Positions 49,880-63,518 of a DNA stretch of 64,000 nucleotides are shown one piece after another (the stretch's first letter is position 1; every line of letters begins with the position of its first letter). Made by a program: the position numbers and the translations under genes. Under the pieces are notes generated by a model that did no database searches, was not told the DNA's origin, and worked only from the letters and a program-made list of their open reading frames with translations. This DNA is from Podarcis vaucheri (lineage: Eukaryota), in assembly GCA_965113315.1 (NCBI GenBank), contig OZ220363.1. The stretch is one strand, 5' to 3'.

Positions 49880-50960
49880 TAATAAATTTGTATATCACCC
49901 TTCATCTGACAAAAACAGGGAAGTTCACAATATAAAAATACAAAATGAGAACAAAAAATATATAAGAAAACAAAAACAAACAAACAAACAAACCAATAAC
50001 CCACCTCCCACAAACACATTAAAAATATCATAGAATGTTAATCATCCAAAGGCTTGGTTATACAGAAACATTTTTGTCTGGTGACTAAAGATATGGAATG
50101 AGGGTGCCAGGTGAGTCTCCCTGGGGAGAGCATTTCACGAACGGGAAGCCACCTCAGAAAAGGCCCGTTCTCATGTTGCCAGCTTCCAGACTTTTTGTGG
50201 AGAAGGCAGATGAAGAAGGGCCTCAGCTGATGATTGCAAGGTCTGAGTCAGTTCATATGGGAAGAGGTGGTCCTTAAGGCATTGTTGTCCTGAGACATTT
50301 AAAGCTTTCTAGGACAAAACCTGAATTGGGCCTGGAAGCTAACTGGCAGCCAGTGCAGTTGGGTCAGAGTTGGTAGAATATTCTCAAACCGTCTTGCCCC
50401 AGTGAGCAACCAGGTCATTGAATTCTGCACCAGCTGACGTTTCTGAACCATCTTCAGAAGCAGTGTTTCCCAGCTTGTTTCCTTGTCCTAAGCTCTGGGA
50501 TATACCAGGGAGACAAGCGGGTTTCACGAAGTCGGAGAGGGCACTCAGGGGCAATCGTGTCAACAGCCCAAGCAATTTAGATGTTCCAGAAGTCAGCCAG
50601 GGCTTTGAGAGGAATGCCAGTCATATCAGCCACAAAATCCATCAGCCTCCCAGGGTGGACCATCCTAATAGGTCCCCACACCTCTATAGGCAAAGGTGCA
50701 GAAAGCCTAAATCTCAACAGGAAGTCATCTGACCTTGAGAAGGGACTGATGTCAATATCCCCCACTTTCAGATCACCTTCTTCCTACTCAGTTGAAAAAA
50801 CAAGGTACAGAGTGTAGCCTGCCGCATGCATTGGGCTGGGGACATGTTGCACATTCCGTCAGGTTGAGAACCAGGTCAGCTACCAGCTTTGCCCTCCCTC
50901 CAACCCAGTCGCTTGGGCAGGCTGCCCACACGTCTGTAATCTGTAAAGTGGTGCAATCAC
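49880..50960 (-). mobile_element. Old L2 LINE: endonuclease-domain end joined to ORF2 C-terminus and 3' UTR
   Basis: Minus-strand peptides P.HAAGYTLYLVFS and DISPFSRSDDFLLRF (APE end), then QLVQNSMTWLLTG...LPTLTQLHWLP (C-terminus). Confidence 0.7.
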
Positions 50961-51520
50961 GCTTATTCATTTATATGTCCATTTTTCCCACCCAGCCCCT
51001 TTATTTTAAGACAGGGGGAACTTTTTTTTGTTTTTTAGTTGCAAAACTGTTCTGGGGATTGGTGATATTATGTGTCTACTCCCACTTTTTGTTGTAAGAT
51101 GCCTTTGCCATCTGACAAAAATGTGGAATTTAAAAATAATTCAATACATAAAATGAGCAAATAAATATACCTGCAGCACTTACAAAATTGCCAGTGACTT
51201 TCATCAACAGTTTTGGCTGGACACTTGCAAAACTCCCCTTACCCCAGAGCTCAACTCTAGAATGAGAAGGGCATGTTTGTACTGAACACTGTAAGGAGGC
51301 TTTCAACAAGGCCTCAGTACCCGGCAAATATTACCCAGCAAATAAATGTGGTGAGTATGCTTGAAAGATTTATATGGTAGGAACCAAAACAATATTGCCC
51401 ACATTTTCACTGCTCAGAATTGTCCTGGAGATGATCAGCGGTTCTGCTAAAAGAGCAGGAAGGAAACAGGGAAGGGAGAGAAAGTGGGAAAGGGGAAAGA
51501 GAGGAAGAAAGTGCCATCAC

Positions 51521-51730
51521 CTGTTTATATTTTTCCTCCACATGCTGAAGGCGTTGAAGCACACCAGACAGGGCAAATGCAGCAGGACAGGAAGACGCAA
51601 GGGATTCAGAAAGCCTGGACTCCAGCTCTGCCCGTTCTATGTGTCTCAAATGCCTGGCCATTGGATGAGGACCAGGCAAGGATTGTACAGGCTCTCTGGC
51701 CATGTGTTCAGACCTAGCTACTGCCTGAAA
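51521..51730 (-). CDS. MICAL2: MICAL2 exon FQAVARSEH...ALSGVLQRLQHVEEKYKQ
   Basis: ttcccag| and |gtgat, 210 nt, phase 0-0; ALSGVL.RLQ.VEEK motif; lies in ORF 51407..51811. Confidence 0.92.
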
Positions 51731-53678
51731 CTGGGAAATACTTGAAATGAAAAAAGGGATCTTTCTTCCATCAAAGCACATTCTGCAATTAAAACTGCCT
51801 AAGTAATGCATGTGCCAAAGTCAGAGTGCAGCAATACAAACAGGCATCTCATGCATAGGAATATTCCTTTTATGAAGCAGTGGTGCATAAAACTCAAGCA
51901 GTTATCAGTGGACTGTAGCTTATAAAGTGGACAGAGTAGACTCAAGTCTTAACAGCTTGGAAGTTCAGTGGCCCTTTGAGTTCCACACATTATTATTATT
52001 TTTATTACAGATTATAAACCAGGAGTCCCTAAGTCCCTGATTAAAACCTCATTTCAGCCATTAACTTAACGGGTGGCCCTGAGCAGGCCCCCCTCTCTCA
52101 GCCACATCAGGGAAATAATACTGGCACTCACATAGAGTTGTTGCAAGGATCATTGAAAAAATGTTTATGGAAATGCTTTAAGCATCCCCAGTACTCAATA
52201 AATACCAAATATTATTGGAAGCCTCAGTGAAGTCTCATAAGAATCTGAATATTATATTTTGATTTTTATCCTGTTAGGAGGCTGTGTCAGAAAACTGCAT
52301 TGAGTTCACTAGGTGAACAAGGCAGGATAACTCAATATATTATTTCAGAAAAGACAAACCACTGTATAATCAACTAATTTATACTGCAACCAACAGGCAA
52401 CAAACTACCAATTATTTAAATGCAGAAGTCCATCTCCAGCTGGAGAATTACAAGAAAAAGTACTCTTATATGCCACAGGGTATTCTGTATTTGGGGAGGG
52501 GAATGTGACAGGGAACTAGGGGTTGTCTTCCAGTTATAAGACTTGCAAAAATTTCCAGTACAGAGAATAAAATGATAGTTGCCAACAGGTCTTCCTATAC
52601 TAGTATTGCCATAGAGTCTCCTCTGTTCAGTGAATATGCCAGGGAAGAGATAAGAACATAAAACTTTCAGCAACAGTAGCTCACAGCACAGCTACCCATG
52701 CTTAAGTTTATAAGCCTGCCTCTAGAGAGTGTACATGTGCATAGGTGGGGGAGTGGAATGAATCTAAAATTCACAACTGATTATAATCAGCTCAAAATGC
52801 CCATGTTGGCCTAGCTGAACTTGTCCTTCTTCCTCAGAAGTGGAGAATTTGGAAACCAAGCTCTCATTCTCTAGCAAGCCATATTGGTTTGTGGCATATG
52901 CCAAGCCCAGTATGCAATTCAAAAGCAGAAGGCTCAGAGGCAGGTCAAAATGCATGGGAAACTCTTCAGACAGCTGTAACAGCAAGACTCTCTTTCAGGG
53001 GATTTGGGAAACTAGGCTAACTGTGTTTATTTCTAAACATTTCCCAAAGGTGTGCTCTAGATCTTTTATTGGCTTCTGAGTCAACGAGCCATACCAAAGA
53101 CATCCCTTGGAACAAAACCTTTAATTGCCTAAGTATTATAACATACAGCATGCTTCGAAATATGCCACACTAAACTTTGCTTTGCCCAAGCTTTAGAAAC
53201 CAACACATGCTATAATTTACAATTAATATTACCCATGGGTTGGGCTCTGCCTTGTTAGGAGCTATGGGGTTTTGCTATTGTATTATTTGTTATAGTATTG
53301 CTACAACCGGAGCATATCATCTCCTGCCTTTGTCCAATGGTAAAACTGCCACACATCTTCTACTTTAACAAGGCAAGGTAAACTATGATCCAGTGTGAAG
53401 TGCAGTGCAGCACAGCAACAGTGGAAACCATATCAACCAATCCACCAACATGCTATGGTGGTTGTGTGAACCAGGCCTTTCATTAAAGTCTAAAGATGGC
53501 AGCAAAGCCCCATGCAATCTCACCTCCTTTCATTCTTCACATTCTCCTATCAAATAGCAAACTTAAAAAGGCAGCTAAGCATCTCTATGCTCCTGATGTT
53601 TCTCACTGATGTTACCCACCATGCTTTGCAGCCTTAATGTTAGAAAGAACTGACAGTCACTCCCTAGTGAATTCCTAC

Positions 53679-53789
53679 CTGACTTTTTGGTGGAGGTGGC
53701 AGGTTACAGGTTGGCTCCTTGGGTTTAGCAAAGCGAGGATTTACAGGAGGGTCAGAAGAAAGGTGCAAAGCTGGCTTATCTACTAGATC
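53679..53789 (-). CDS. MICAL2: MICAL2 Pro-rich exon DLVDKPALHLSSDPPVNPRFAKPKEPTCNLPPPPKSQ
   Basis: tttaag| and |gtagg, 111 nt, phase 0-0; resembles KPVLCSSSGPPVHSCCPKPEE...PPLKRQ. Confidence 0.85.
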
Positions 53790-54755
53790 CTTAAATGTAA
53801 AAAGCAGAACAGTTCAAGGAGATTAAGGAATATTTTAGGAAGACTGGGAACAGGACTGAAAGACAGTATGAGGCAGAAGAAATAAGAAAATACATTTGAA
53901 GGCTAATAAAGGTGCTTTGTTAGGGTTTCTGCAAGACACATTTGGAATTTATTACCATACCGCAGTCTGTACTTTTGACACCCACAGATGTAATGGTATG
54001 TGAAATGCACCATTTAATGCAACTATTTAAAGAGCAAGCTACAGGCAAAGTAGATGTTGCACACATGAGTGCAAATAGGACATGATCTCATGATTTTCAA
54101 GTCATCTTTGTGCCACAAATTACTTATGTTATATGTGGTGTGTGGTGGTTACTAAACATGTCCTTTGGCTTGTATGCTCTGTGGACTTACTAGGAAGGCA
54201 GACCTGAAGTACAAACATTACCTGAACAATAACTAACTAACTAAATAAATAAATAATAACCCCACAAGGTTCGTGTATGTGGCCCACATCGATTTTGTAT
54301 AGCTATCACACCGAAATCTAGCAAGGGTCTAAATAGATTCAGGATCTGATCTGCTGAATGATCAGCTTGAGTTGGAGCCAATTCAAAAGCTCGGATCTGA
54401 GCCCTGGGAGACCAATACAAGAGGGTTCTTTAAAGTTTGCTAACTGTCTACCATGTGAATTTACTTGGTTGTGCCATTTTTTTTCATGTCAATGGCCAAG
54501 AAGTGCAATTGTGATACTATAACGCACCATGTGATCAAGATGATCTAAGTGTTAAGCAGCTTACGAATGTGTTACAGCTCCAGAATGCTTTATCCATAAG
54601 CACCATCCTCATTCTATGTGGAGGAATAGCCAGCACCATTCCCATTGCTAGAAGCATAACATTTTCCCTAAGCATAACATCCACAAGTCCTATGTACAGT
54701 GAACAACTCCAGCTCAGAATAAGGGAGGCAGCTTTTAAGTTAGCATAACTATTTA

Positions 54756-55162
54756 CCATACTTTTCTGTGTATAAGACTAGGGGTTTTTTTTTACTAAAA
54801 AATAATGTTAAAGGGGGTAATCTTATTCATGGGGGCAATCAACCCCCATTTTCTTAATTTTGAGCCCCCCAAAATAGGGGGCGTTTTATACACGGGGGCT
54901 TGTTATACAGTGGTACCCCGAGTTACAAACGCCTCAGGTTACAAATGCTTCAGGTTACAAACTCCGCTAATCTGGAAGAGTTACCTCAAGCTGAGAACTT
55001 TGCCCCAGGATGAGAACGGAAATCGTGTGCCGGCGGCGTAGCAGCAAGAGGCCCCATTAGCAAAAGCATGCCTCTAGTTAAGAACAGTTTCAGGTTAAGA
55101 ACGAACCTCCAGAACGAATTAAGTTCATAACTAGAGGTACCACTGTACATGGAAAAATACGG
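54756..55162. mobile_element. Tc2/Tigger-like MITE with a second MITE (54908-55145) inserted in its right TIR
   Basis: TA-CCATACTTTTCTGTGTATAA...TTATA[insertion]CATGGAAAAATACGG-TA; inner CAGTGGTACC TIRs with TA TSD. Confidence 0.85.
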
Positions 55163-55770
55163 TATGTCCCAGCAAATAGCCTGACACACGTACATAGGTT
55201 TCTGTCAAATTTTAAACGTTTTTCAAGCTAGCTCATTTTGGTGCAGTGTAAAATTTCAGAGTGCTCACTAGGGCTACTAATTTTGTTTAACCATCAGCAC
55301 TCTTTGAAAGTCTTGAGTCCCAAAGCAGTTTGCTAACCAGTGCATGGGTTGTTCAGTGAAATATATATCAAAGCCATCTAGGTCTGTGGAATACCCAGTT
55401 ATCTGGATTGTGGCCTTCACATCACTGTAGAGGTATACATACCTTTGAAAGCAATACATAAAAAACCTTTAAAAGCCATTTCCACATGTAATTCAGAGGG
55501 TCTACTCAATGTTAGTTGGATACTACCTGCAATTGAACTTTTATTGACTTATAATGAACACAAGTTGTTAACTATTCAAGGCAGCATGACAGCAACAATC
55601 TGTTACAATATCCCAGTATTATTACATAATTTTACCCTAACATGCAGTTATCAGACAGTGACTTGGACATTACCAATAATATCAGATTTTCTAGTGTCTA
55701 AAGTGACTCCATATGCATTTCACCCTAACAGAGCTACTCATTTTGGCCCTTTGGTCATTCCACCCAAATA

Positions 55771-55996
55771 CAGTGGTCCCTCGGGTTAAGAACTTAATTT
55801 GTTCTGGAGGTCCGTTCTTAACCTGAAACTGTTCTTAACTTGGGGTACCACCTTAGCTAATGGGGCCTCCCGCTGTCACCGCGCCGCCGCTGCACGATTT
55901 CTGTTCTCATCCTGAAGCAAAGTTCTTAATCCGAGTTACTATTTCTGCGTTAGCAGAGTCTGTAACCTGAAGCGTCTGTAACCCGAGGTACCACTG
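55771..55996. mobile_element. Tc1/mariner-type MITE (inverted relative to the 29099 copy)
   Basis: CAGTGGT(C/A)CCTCGGGTTA TIRs, TA TSD. Confidence 0.92.
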
Positions 55997-56413
55997 TACG
56001 GGAAATGCAAAATTGATGTTTTTTCCCCCTCCCACATCTTGCAATTACCATAACTACCTGTATGCAGCCTTCCCTGTCTGCGCTGCCTATGATCATTCTA
56101 GCCATTTCCTATGCATGCGGACACTCTGAAGCTTAAATGGAACTCCACTGCCCAGAAGAACTGTTCTTGTACAAACCCAGGAAAAGTTTCCTCAAAACTA
56201 CTGACTAGAAATGGGTGTGAATTATCTCCTTATACTCAAACAACTGTGTGGATATGACATGTGTGAAGTATCCAAAGAGCTCCAACTACCAGTTTTCATT
56301 TTAAGTATTTTAGGCTTTGGGCTCTAGGCATATTGCTCATAACAGCTGTTTACTCATGAGAAAGAACTCACCACCATTTTCAAAGAAGAATTTTACAATT
56401 ATTATTTACTTAC

Positions 56414-56563
56414 CTGCCTCCGTAGAGAAGGACCGGGAGCATTTTCTTCAAATTTGGCTAAGAGCTGAGTTGCCATAGACTTCACTTTGTTTTGATTCAT
56501 TCCTTCTTTCAAGTCCCCCAGCTGGTTACCAGAATTCGTACCTCGATTCAAAGAACTTGAAGA
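56414..56563 (-). CDS. MICAL2: MICAL2 exon SSSSLNRG...[28 protein letters not shown]
   Basis: ttgcag| and |gtaagt, 150 nt, phase 0-0; conserved MICAL2/3 motif [15 protein letters not shown]; lies in ORF 56402..56602. Confidence 0.96.
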
Positions 56564-56769
56564 CTGCAAAGGAACAATTGAAGGAAAATGTATATACTCC
56601 ACTTCAGAGAGAAGGTTAGGGACAGTCTAATATGGCATCTTGACCAGTACACAGGCCACAGAAGTGTCACTGAATGCATGAAAAGTAAAACCAACTTTAA
56701 AATTTAAATAATCTTCAACATTATATTTGAAATGCGGTGACCCAATAGATTTTAAATTCAGATAAAATG

Positions 56770-56955
56770 AATGTGGGCCTATGACTGTGTTCAAATCCTT
56801 ACTCAGCCATGACCCTCACTGGGTGACCTAGGGCCAGTCGCTGCCTCTCAGCTTAACCTAGCTCACAGTGTTGCTGTAGGGATTAAATGAGGAGAGGGAG
56901 AACCATGTATGCCAACTTGAGCTCTTTGGATAAAAAGGTGGGATAGAAATGCCAT
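56770..56955 (+). mobile_element. MIR/CORE-like tRNA-derived SINE
   Basis: B box-like GTTCAAATCC followed by CTGGGTGACCTAGGGCCAGTC...CTCTCAGC core; (TCAA)n tail follows; related copy near 52020-52200. Confidence 0.65.
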
Positions 56956-57101
56956 TAATCAATCACTCAATCAATCAATCAATCAATGGCATGCATTGAG
57001 ACACACATGCAAGTAATGGAAGAAAACAGAAAGCCTATGAAAAATGGAAGGTTGCTTTACTTTCCCCATGTTCAGCCTATAAAGTCTGTGGAAACATACT
57101 T

Positions 57102-57142
<41 letters not shown>

Positions 57143-57694
57143 TCGTTCATAAGTCAGGCTTCAAAAGAAGGTAGACTGGGGATAATAAGGTGCTAGGCAT
57201 GGCATCTGGTCCCGTCTCCCACTTTAAAATGTGGGGCCTAGCACGGTTGGTTGGTTTTTACTTTTGATGAAGAAGGTAACTTCACACCCACCCACCCACA
57301 CATACACCCTTGTCTCTGTATGGATCAGAACTTTTCTGCCATGTTTATAATCTATAATGTAGATTCTATTTTTAGAGAATAGTGGAGAGAAATTAAAGCA
57401 ATGACTGTCAGACATTGCGTCTGTGGGTCGACATCTTCAACAGAAGCCAGGCTGCGAATCTAGCTGCAGCTTCTTCTACCAAAATCGTTTAAACAAACAG
57501 AAGTCAAATTAATATGGATGCCCGCAAATATGAAAGGAAATATGAAAGGAAGACCATTTTGTTTTTGTTTTTTTACAATTGTTATACATTAAAGACTTAA
57601 GGATAATAGATAAAGACACTTGATTTGCCTAAAACTGTTGATCAGTTAAAACCATATACCAACAGCAAATTTAACCATGACAATTAGTACTAAC

Positions 57695-57751
57695 CTCTTC
57701 AAAATTAATGAGACTTTTACGTCGCCTTTTACTGGTTTCATTTTCTTCTGC
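57695..57751 (-). CDS. MICAL2: MICAL2 exon AEENETSKRRRKSLINFEE (basic NLS half)
   Basis: tttttag| acceptor, |gttag donor, 57 nt, phase 0-0; resembles ENDMNKRRRKGFTNLDE. Confidence 0.9.
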
Positions 57752-60460
57752 CTAAAAACAATTGGAGGAAGCAAAACATATTCACAATGGCATACACACT
57801 CAGAATCTATCAACTTAATAGAGAACGGCAGCTAAAATGAAGACATCCCACAAAACTAAATTCACTGGTCAGTGACAAAATGAATGGGTTGATCAGACCG
57901 AGGAATTGAGGTTAGGCACTAGCTTTAATTTAATTACTAAATAAGCTTGTAAATGTTTCCACTGACATATGTCTACAGAACTCATTCCAGGCCACTTTCA
58001 GTCATCATAAAAATTAGCTGAGGCTTGTTCTGCTATTTCCATAAGCATCTCCCTATCCTCAGCAAAATGTTATCTAGGAGAAACCAAGCTAGACTTGATG
58101 AGGCAGCGATGCTTATTACACGTTGCTTATTCCTGTCTCCCCATTCACATAAAAAGTGGGGTGGATGGGGTCAGATCCAAATCCTCCCCGTCCCTTGCCT
58201 AACTATTCTGTCAGCACAGGCACTTTCCCCCCAGCCAGCCTAAATACCTAAAGTAAACTGAACTGATAACAGTTGCCTGAAGCCATGGGAAGGCCAGATA
58301 TTGCAAATGCTTTCATCCATGTGCCCCTTTTAGTATACACGAATGGTGAGACATTAAAACAAACATGGATGCCCAGTCACATTTAATTTTGCCCAAACAT
58401 ATTTGCTCCTTGTGAAACAGGCCTCATTAATAGCTTTAGGCTATCAACTTCCAGAATGGCTACCTAGGGCCAGCACAGCAGCCATAAAAAAATTTATCAG
58501 TGAAAATTAGATCATCATTTTCAGGTATCATGAAAGTCAAATTTGAGCAACAGCACATTCCATCGGGGACAGCTGGAATCTGAGATTTCTCAAGTAGCAT
58601 TAGGCATGTGTGCAACAAATTCATTGAACTGGTCCTTCAATTCCTCCTTGTAACTTTAACATAGGCTGATCCTATATACTTGGTGCCTCATTATGAATTA
58701 ATGCCAAGATAACTCTTATTCATAAACTAATTTTAAACCATTTGCATTCTAGTCTTCAGCAGATTTTAGCTTTGCAAACACCTGGAAAGGATGGTTTTGT
58801 TGGGCAAACAAGGTCACCAACTGAACTGCCTAAGTCAATATTTCAGTATGGATTCCCAAAAACCAAGGCCAGCACTAGCCACTATACCAGTCTGATGAAC
58901 TAAGAACTTGGCATTCAGTTTGCTGACAATGGCTAGATATGCCTTCAGGAGGCTTATGGTATCACAGCAATCCTGGAAGTGTTTCTGTACCACTGAAATA
59001 AATGGGGGCATGTGCTGTATTCAGGGTTGCAGCTCAAATGTGCAAAGTGGTTTGCAGTCATTATGTGATCAGCTCCATAAGGCCCTGAAATCACATAACT
59101 CCCATAACAATTCCCATTTTACAAATGGAGGAAATAAAAGCTGGGAGAAATACTTTGTCCGAGGCTCGTCAGTGGATTAAAGGCTACGCCAGAGGCCTCA
59201 GACACATTAGTTCAGACCAAAGCCAAGAGTTCTTTCAAACGAGTCAGAATTACATAACAAATGCTTTCATAATAACCAACGCTTATAGAAGTCTAGACTC
59301 CTCAGCTTTCTAATGCTACAAAGCATCTGAGTGTGTTGCTTTAGGCAGGACTTCGGAGGCAAAATGTACTGTGGCAGTGAAGCACACATAACTTTTAAGC
59401 TCATCATTCAGTTGTGGTAACTGAGCTCAGAGGATTAGAACTCTAGTGCTGCCTGATTCAGGCCCTGCATGGATCTACAGATTTAATCGCAGACATGAGA
59501 AATTATCTGCTATACGAACTGGTGAGCAAAACGTTACAGCACCCAACAAACATGTTATAGGCTCTGGCTTGACTGGTATTGTGTTTCGATTTTCTTTTCT
59601 TAAAACACACCAAACATTTTTGCTGGAAAAAAATATGCAACGTGTCTGTGTTCCTGCAAATGTCAAGACCAACCACAGGCTGCAGCCTTGTAATCTGCAC
59701 TGCTGGCATTGAGCAGGGGTGGAGGGAGAGAGCAAGATCAAAGAAACAAGGGCTTCCTTTTTACATTTCCACTGCTTATAATAAATCATGGTGTAAGGAA
59801 TCAAGAATGATCTCAACCCTAACTTTTGGGCTGATCCCAAAGAAAGAGAAACGGATGACAGTATGTTAAGTACTACGTCTTCCAAGTACCGGCTCTCACT
59901 AACAAAGCATCGTGTTCGGTGTAAGCATTAGTCAGCCTAACAAGACTAAACACTGCGGTGGCACAATTTGTTCTGCTGGAGTTCGTATGTTCCCTCTCAC
60001 GGGACAATAGAACATTTCTTATCTGGAGTCTTGAACAGGAGTCTTTGGTGAATGGATTTCTGTCTCTCCTTACTGCTGAATATGACTGACATAGGAATTA
60101 GAAAATTCAGATCTTTATGCAGTACAGAAAAGATCTGCTGCTAACAAATGAATAAAAACAAAGAGATAAGCTGCAGGTGGAACATGTAGAAACATTTCCC
60201 CCTACATATAACAAATGCTGTAAAATTGTGCCATTAGTTGAATAACTTCTCCCCACAGATGCCAGTCTACATTTTTAACAAGTGGTGCTTGTGATAGCCA
60301 TTTCAATAACAATGGTTAATTAAAAATTGGTGATACTGACAAAATTAAACAATTACTAGGTAGTATTCCAGATGATATGCTTCGTTTGAACTATTCTACA
60401 GTCATGCTTTTTATCAACTTATTGACAGTGGGTGCTATTCAACTAAGTCATCCTCTTAAT

Positions 60461-60825
60461 AAGGTAAAGGTAAAGGAATCCTGGACAGCTAGGTCCAGTC
60501 AAAGGCCACTATGGGGTGCAGCGCTCATCTTGCTTCAGGCCAAGGGAGCCAGCATTTGTCTGCAGACAGCTTTCCGGGTCATGTGGCCAACATGACTAAA
60601 TGCAATGGAACACTGTGACGGAAGCCAGAGCGCAAGGAAACACCCTTTACCTTCCCACCGCAGTGGTACCTATTTATCTACTCACACTGGTATGCTTTCG
60701 AACTGCTAGGTTGGCAGAAGCTGGGACAGAACAACGGGAGCTCATCCCGTTGCGGGGATTCAAACGGCCGACCTTCTGATTGGCAGGCTCCAGGTGCTCA
60801 GTGGTTTAGGCCACAGCACCAAATC
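60461..60825 (-). mobile_element. Sauria SINE (diverged subfamily)
   Basis: AAGGTAAAGGTAAAGG tail; body similar to 20114-20462. Confidence 0.88.
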
Positions 60826-61683
60826 CATGGGTTTAAGTTGCTACTCTGAGTACGACTTAGGCCCCCTTAACACCATACATTCAAAGCACGACAATACCAC
60901 TTTTAGCAGTCATGGCTCTCCCCCCCCACCAAAGAATTCTAGGAGCTGTAGTTTGTTAAGGTTGTTGAGAGTTGTTAGGAGACCCCAGTACCTGCCCAGG
61001 CCTATAATTCCTGGAGTGGTTTAACAATAAATCTCTTCCTAGGTAACTATAAGAATTGTAGCTCTGTGAGGCTGATGGGGGGGGGTCTCCTAACAGCTCT
61101 TTTTGCATCCCTAAACTACAGCAACCAGAATTATTTGGTGGAAACCATGGCTGTTTAAAAAGCAGTATCAGGGTGCTTTAAAGGCATTGTGCAAAGGTGG
61201 GCATAGTTAGACACCACCCCATGCCATTATTTTTTCTTTCTACTTAATGCCCCTGAGATTGCAGAGATCCAAAAAAGACTTCCTTAAAAATGAAGGTTCT
61301 CATTTTCCTAGAACCATATTAGATTTTGTTGGGATCAAAATGATTATTGGTAGATACATGGATTAGGATACAAAGTGCTCTCTAATCCAGCAAAAGCTCT
61401 TGTTGTTGGAAGGAAAGGGGAGATCTTCACGAATTCTCCTTCCCCCCTACAAGCTCCATCCATTTCCAATACACAACCCACCAAATAATATTTTCAGGGG
61501 GTGCAAGTGGCTGTAGGGGGGAAAGAAACTGACAAAACCCACCTCCAAACTTTCCATTAGTGGGATTGTTTTGTGAGTAAGCATTCTACCCAAAGGATTT
61601 CTGGATCCAACAACCCTTAGGTGATAAAGTTAGATTTAAATTGTAAGGCTCTGAGAAGGATTTTGCTTAATTCTAATCTTGTA

Positions 61684-62099
61684 CAGTGGTGCCCCGCAAG
61701 ACGAAATTAATTCGTTCCGCAAGTTTTGTCGTCTAGCGAATTTTTCGTCTTGCGAATCACGAAATCCCATAGGAATGCATTGAAAATCAATTAATGCATT
61801 CCTATGGTCAAAAAAAGTCCAAACAAAGCCAAATTTGGTACAAACAACAGTTTATTAACTGCTCTTTAAAGTCACACATACTGTAAAGAGCAGTTCAAAA
61901 ATTGAAGGGAAAATAAATTAACTTTATAAACAAAACATGTCTTTGTTTTTAGACAAAGGAAACAAAGTCACGAGACGTTTTCGTCTTGCGAAAAAAGGCC
62001 ATAGGGAAATTCGTCTTGCGAGGCAAATCGAAAACGGAAAAACCTTTCGTCTAGCGAGTTTTTTGTCTTGCGAGGCATTCGTCTTGCGAGGTACCACTG
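61684..62099. mobile_element. Tc1/mariner-type MITE (CGCAAGACG family)
   Basis: CAGTGGTGCCCCGCAAGACG / CGTCTTGCGAGGTACCACTG, TA TSD. Confidence 0.92.
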
Positions 62100-63518
62100 T
62101 ACATGAAATTAGTTCTGTTGGGCCCTCTTAATTAATAAATACAATATTATTTACATTTTTATTGTCCAGTTAAGAACAAGAAAACTGGGGGGGGGGTAAT
62201 GAATATGGGTTAAATATGAATTTTTAATTCAGGTTATTATTAATGTCCAGCACTAATATAAACAGGACAGAAGTGTGCAGTGTTGTAACGACTGAATTGT
62301 CCATGAACAAAAAAGTTGTTAAGTGACACCTTGAAAAATACCATATCAAGTTTTTAGCAAAACAATCTGCTGGAAGCTTGCTTTAAGAGGGTGTGGTATT
62401 CTTTCTCTCCTGGAAAATTTGATTTTTGTCAGTTAGGCTTCTGTTGAGTAAATGTGCCAGCTCTGTTTGCATGGCTGAGCGAAGAAATGCTGTTTCCTAA
62501 AAAGGGCATGAGGTAACTGCTTGGTAGCTAAGTGTTCATATGATTTGAGGATGTTATTTATAGAATGGGCAACATAAGAATGATCTTATACTTAGTTCTG
62601 AGTAAATTCTTCCTAGAACAATTTAGCGTGTTTCAAAAGACCCAGCTGAGGTAATTTTAAATGCAGACAAGGATTTTATAAGTTGGCAAAATAATATTTC
62701 CTAACCTTTTCCTGCTTCATCCATGACCCTCTTAAAACAACAGACATTTTACCCATTTCTCTTCCAGCATTAAGGTTAAGTCTCAGTTTTGCATTCTGAG
62801 ATTGCCACGAAAACAGAAAATAATAAAATCCTAACCCCCTAAAAGTGGAAATTAAAGCAAAGGAAAGTGTGCATTTGATTTGACACAATCAAAAATAATA
62901 CCCTCACACAAAGACGAAAACAAATTTACTGAATCAGAACATTTTGTTGCATGCTGAAGAAACTTCATATTTGGAATATAAACAATGAAGTTTATCTTAC
63001 TTGGCCCAGTAAATAACCAAGATAATCTCACCTAACTAGATGGACAAATGATCTGGCTCAATATAAGGAAGCTCTCTGTGGCCTCACAGTCCAATGGGGC
63101 AATGTGTGGGGTTAAGTACCAACAGAAAACCAAAGAGGAACTCTGCTGCTACAGAAGCTTTTAGCAAAGGCCACTTCGGCAAAGACATAGCCAGTAACGA
63201 CTGCCCCTAATAAGTAAGATCTCTAAAATTTCAAATAACTCCCCTGCCAATTGACCATAATCCCTCCCCCAATTCACCACCCACAAATGCTGCAGTGAAT
63301 TTCTAGAGGAAAGTATTCTGCAAACAAGCCTGGGAACTGCTTTGCTGGATCAAACCAAAGGCCAGCTGAGTACTGTACTGTACATAATGTCTCCGAATAC
63401 AAAATTCTGTTTTGGCTATCATAACTAATATCTCTTTGATAAACACAAGCATCTATTAATTTGGTTTATAATTGCTTTTTTTAAAAGGACAGAGCTACTG
63501 AAGTTATAGGATGCTTAC

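Noticed and set aside
60000-60085. Exon-like segment SYSAVRRDRNPF...
   Set aside because: Phase 0-1 would break the frame between two phase-0 junctions; no homology recognised.
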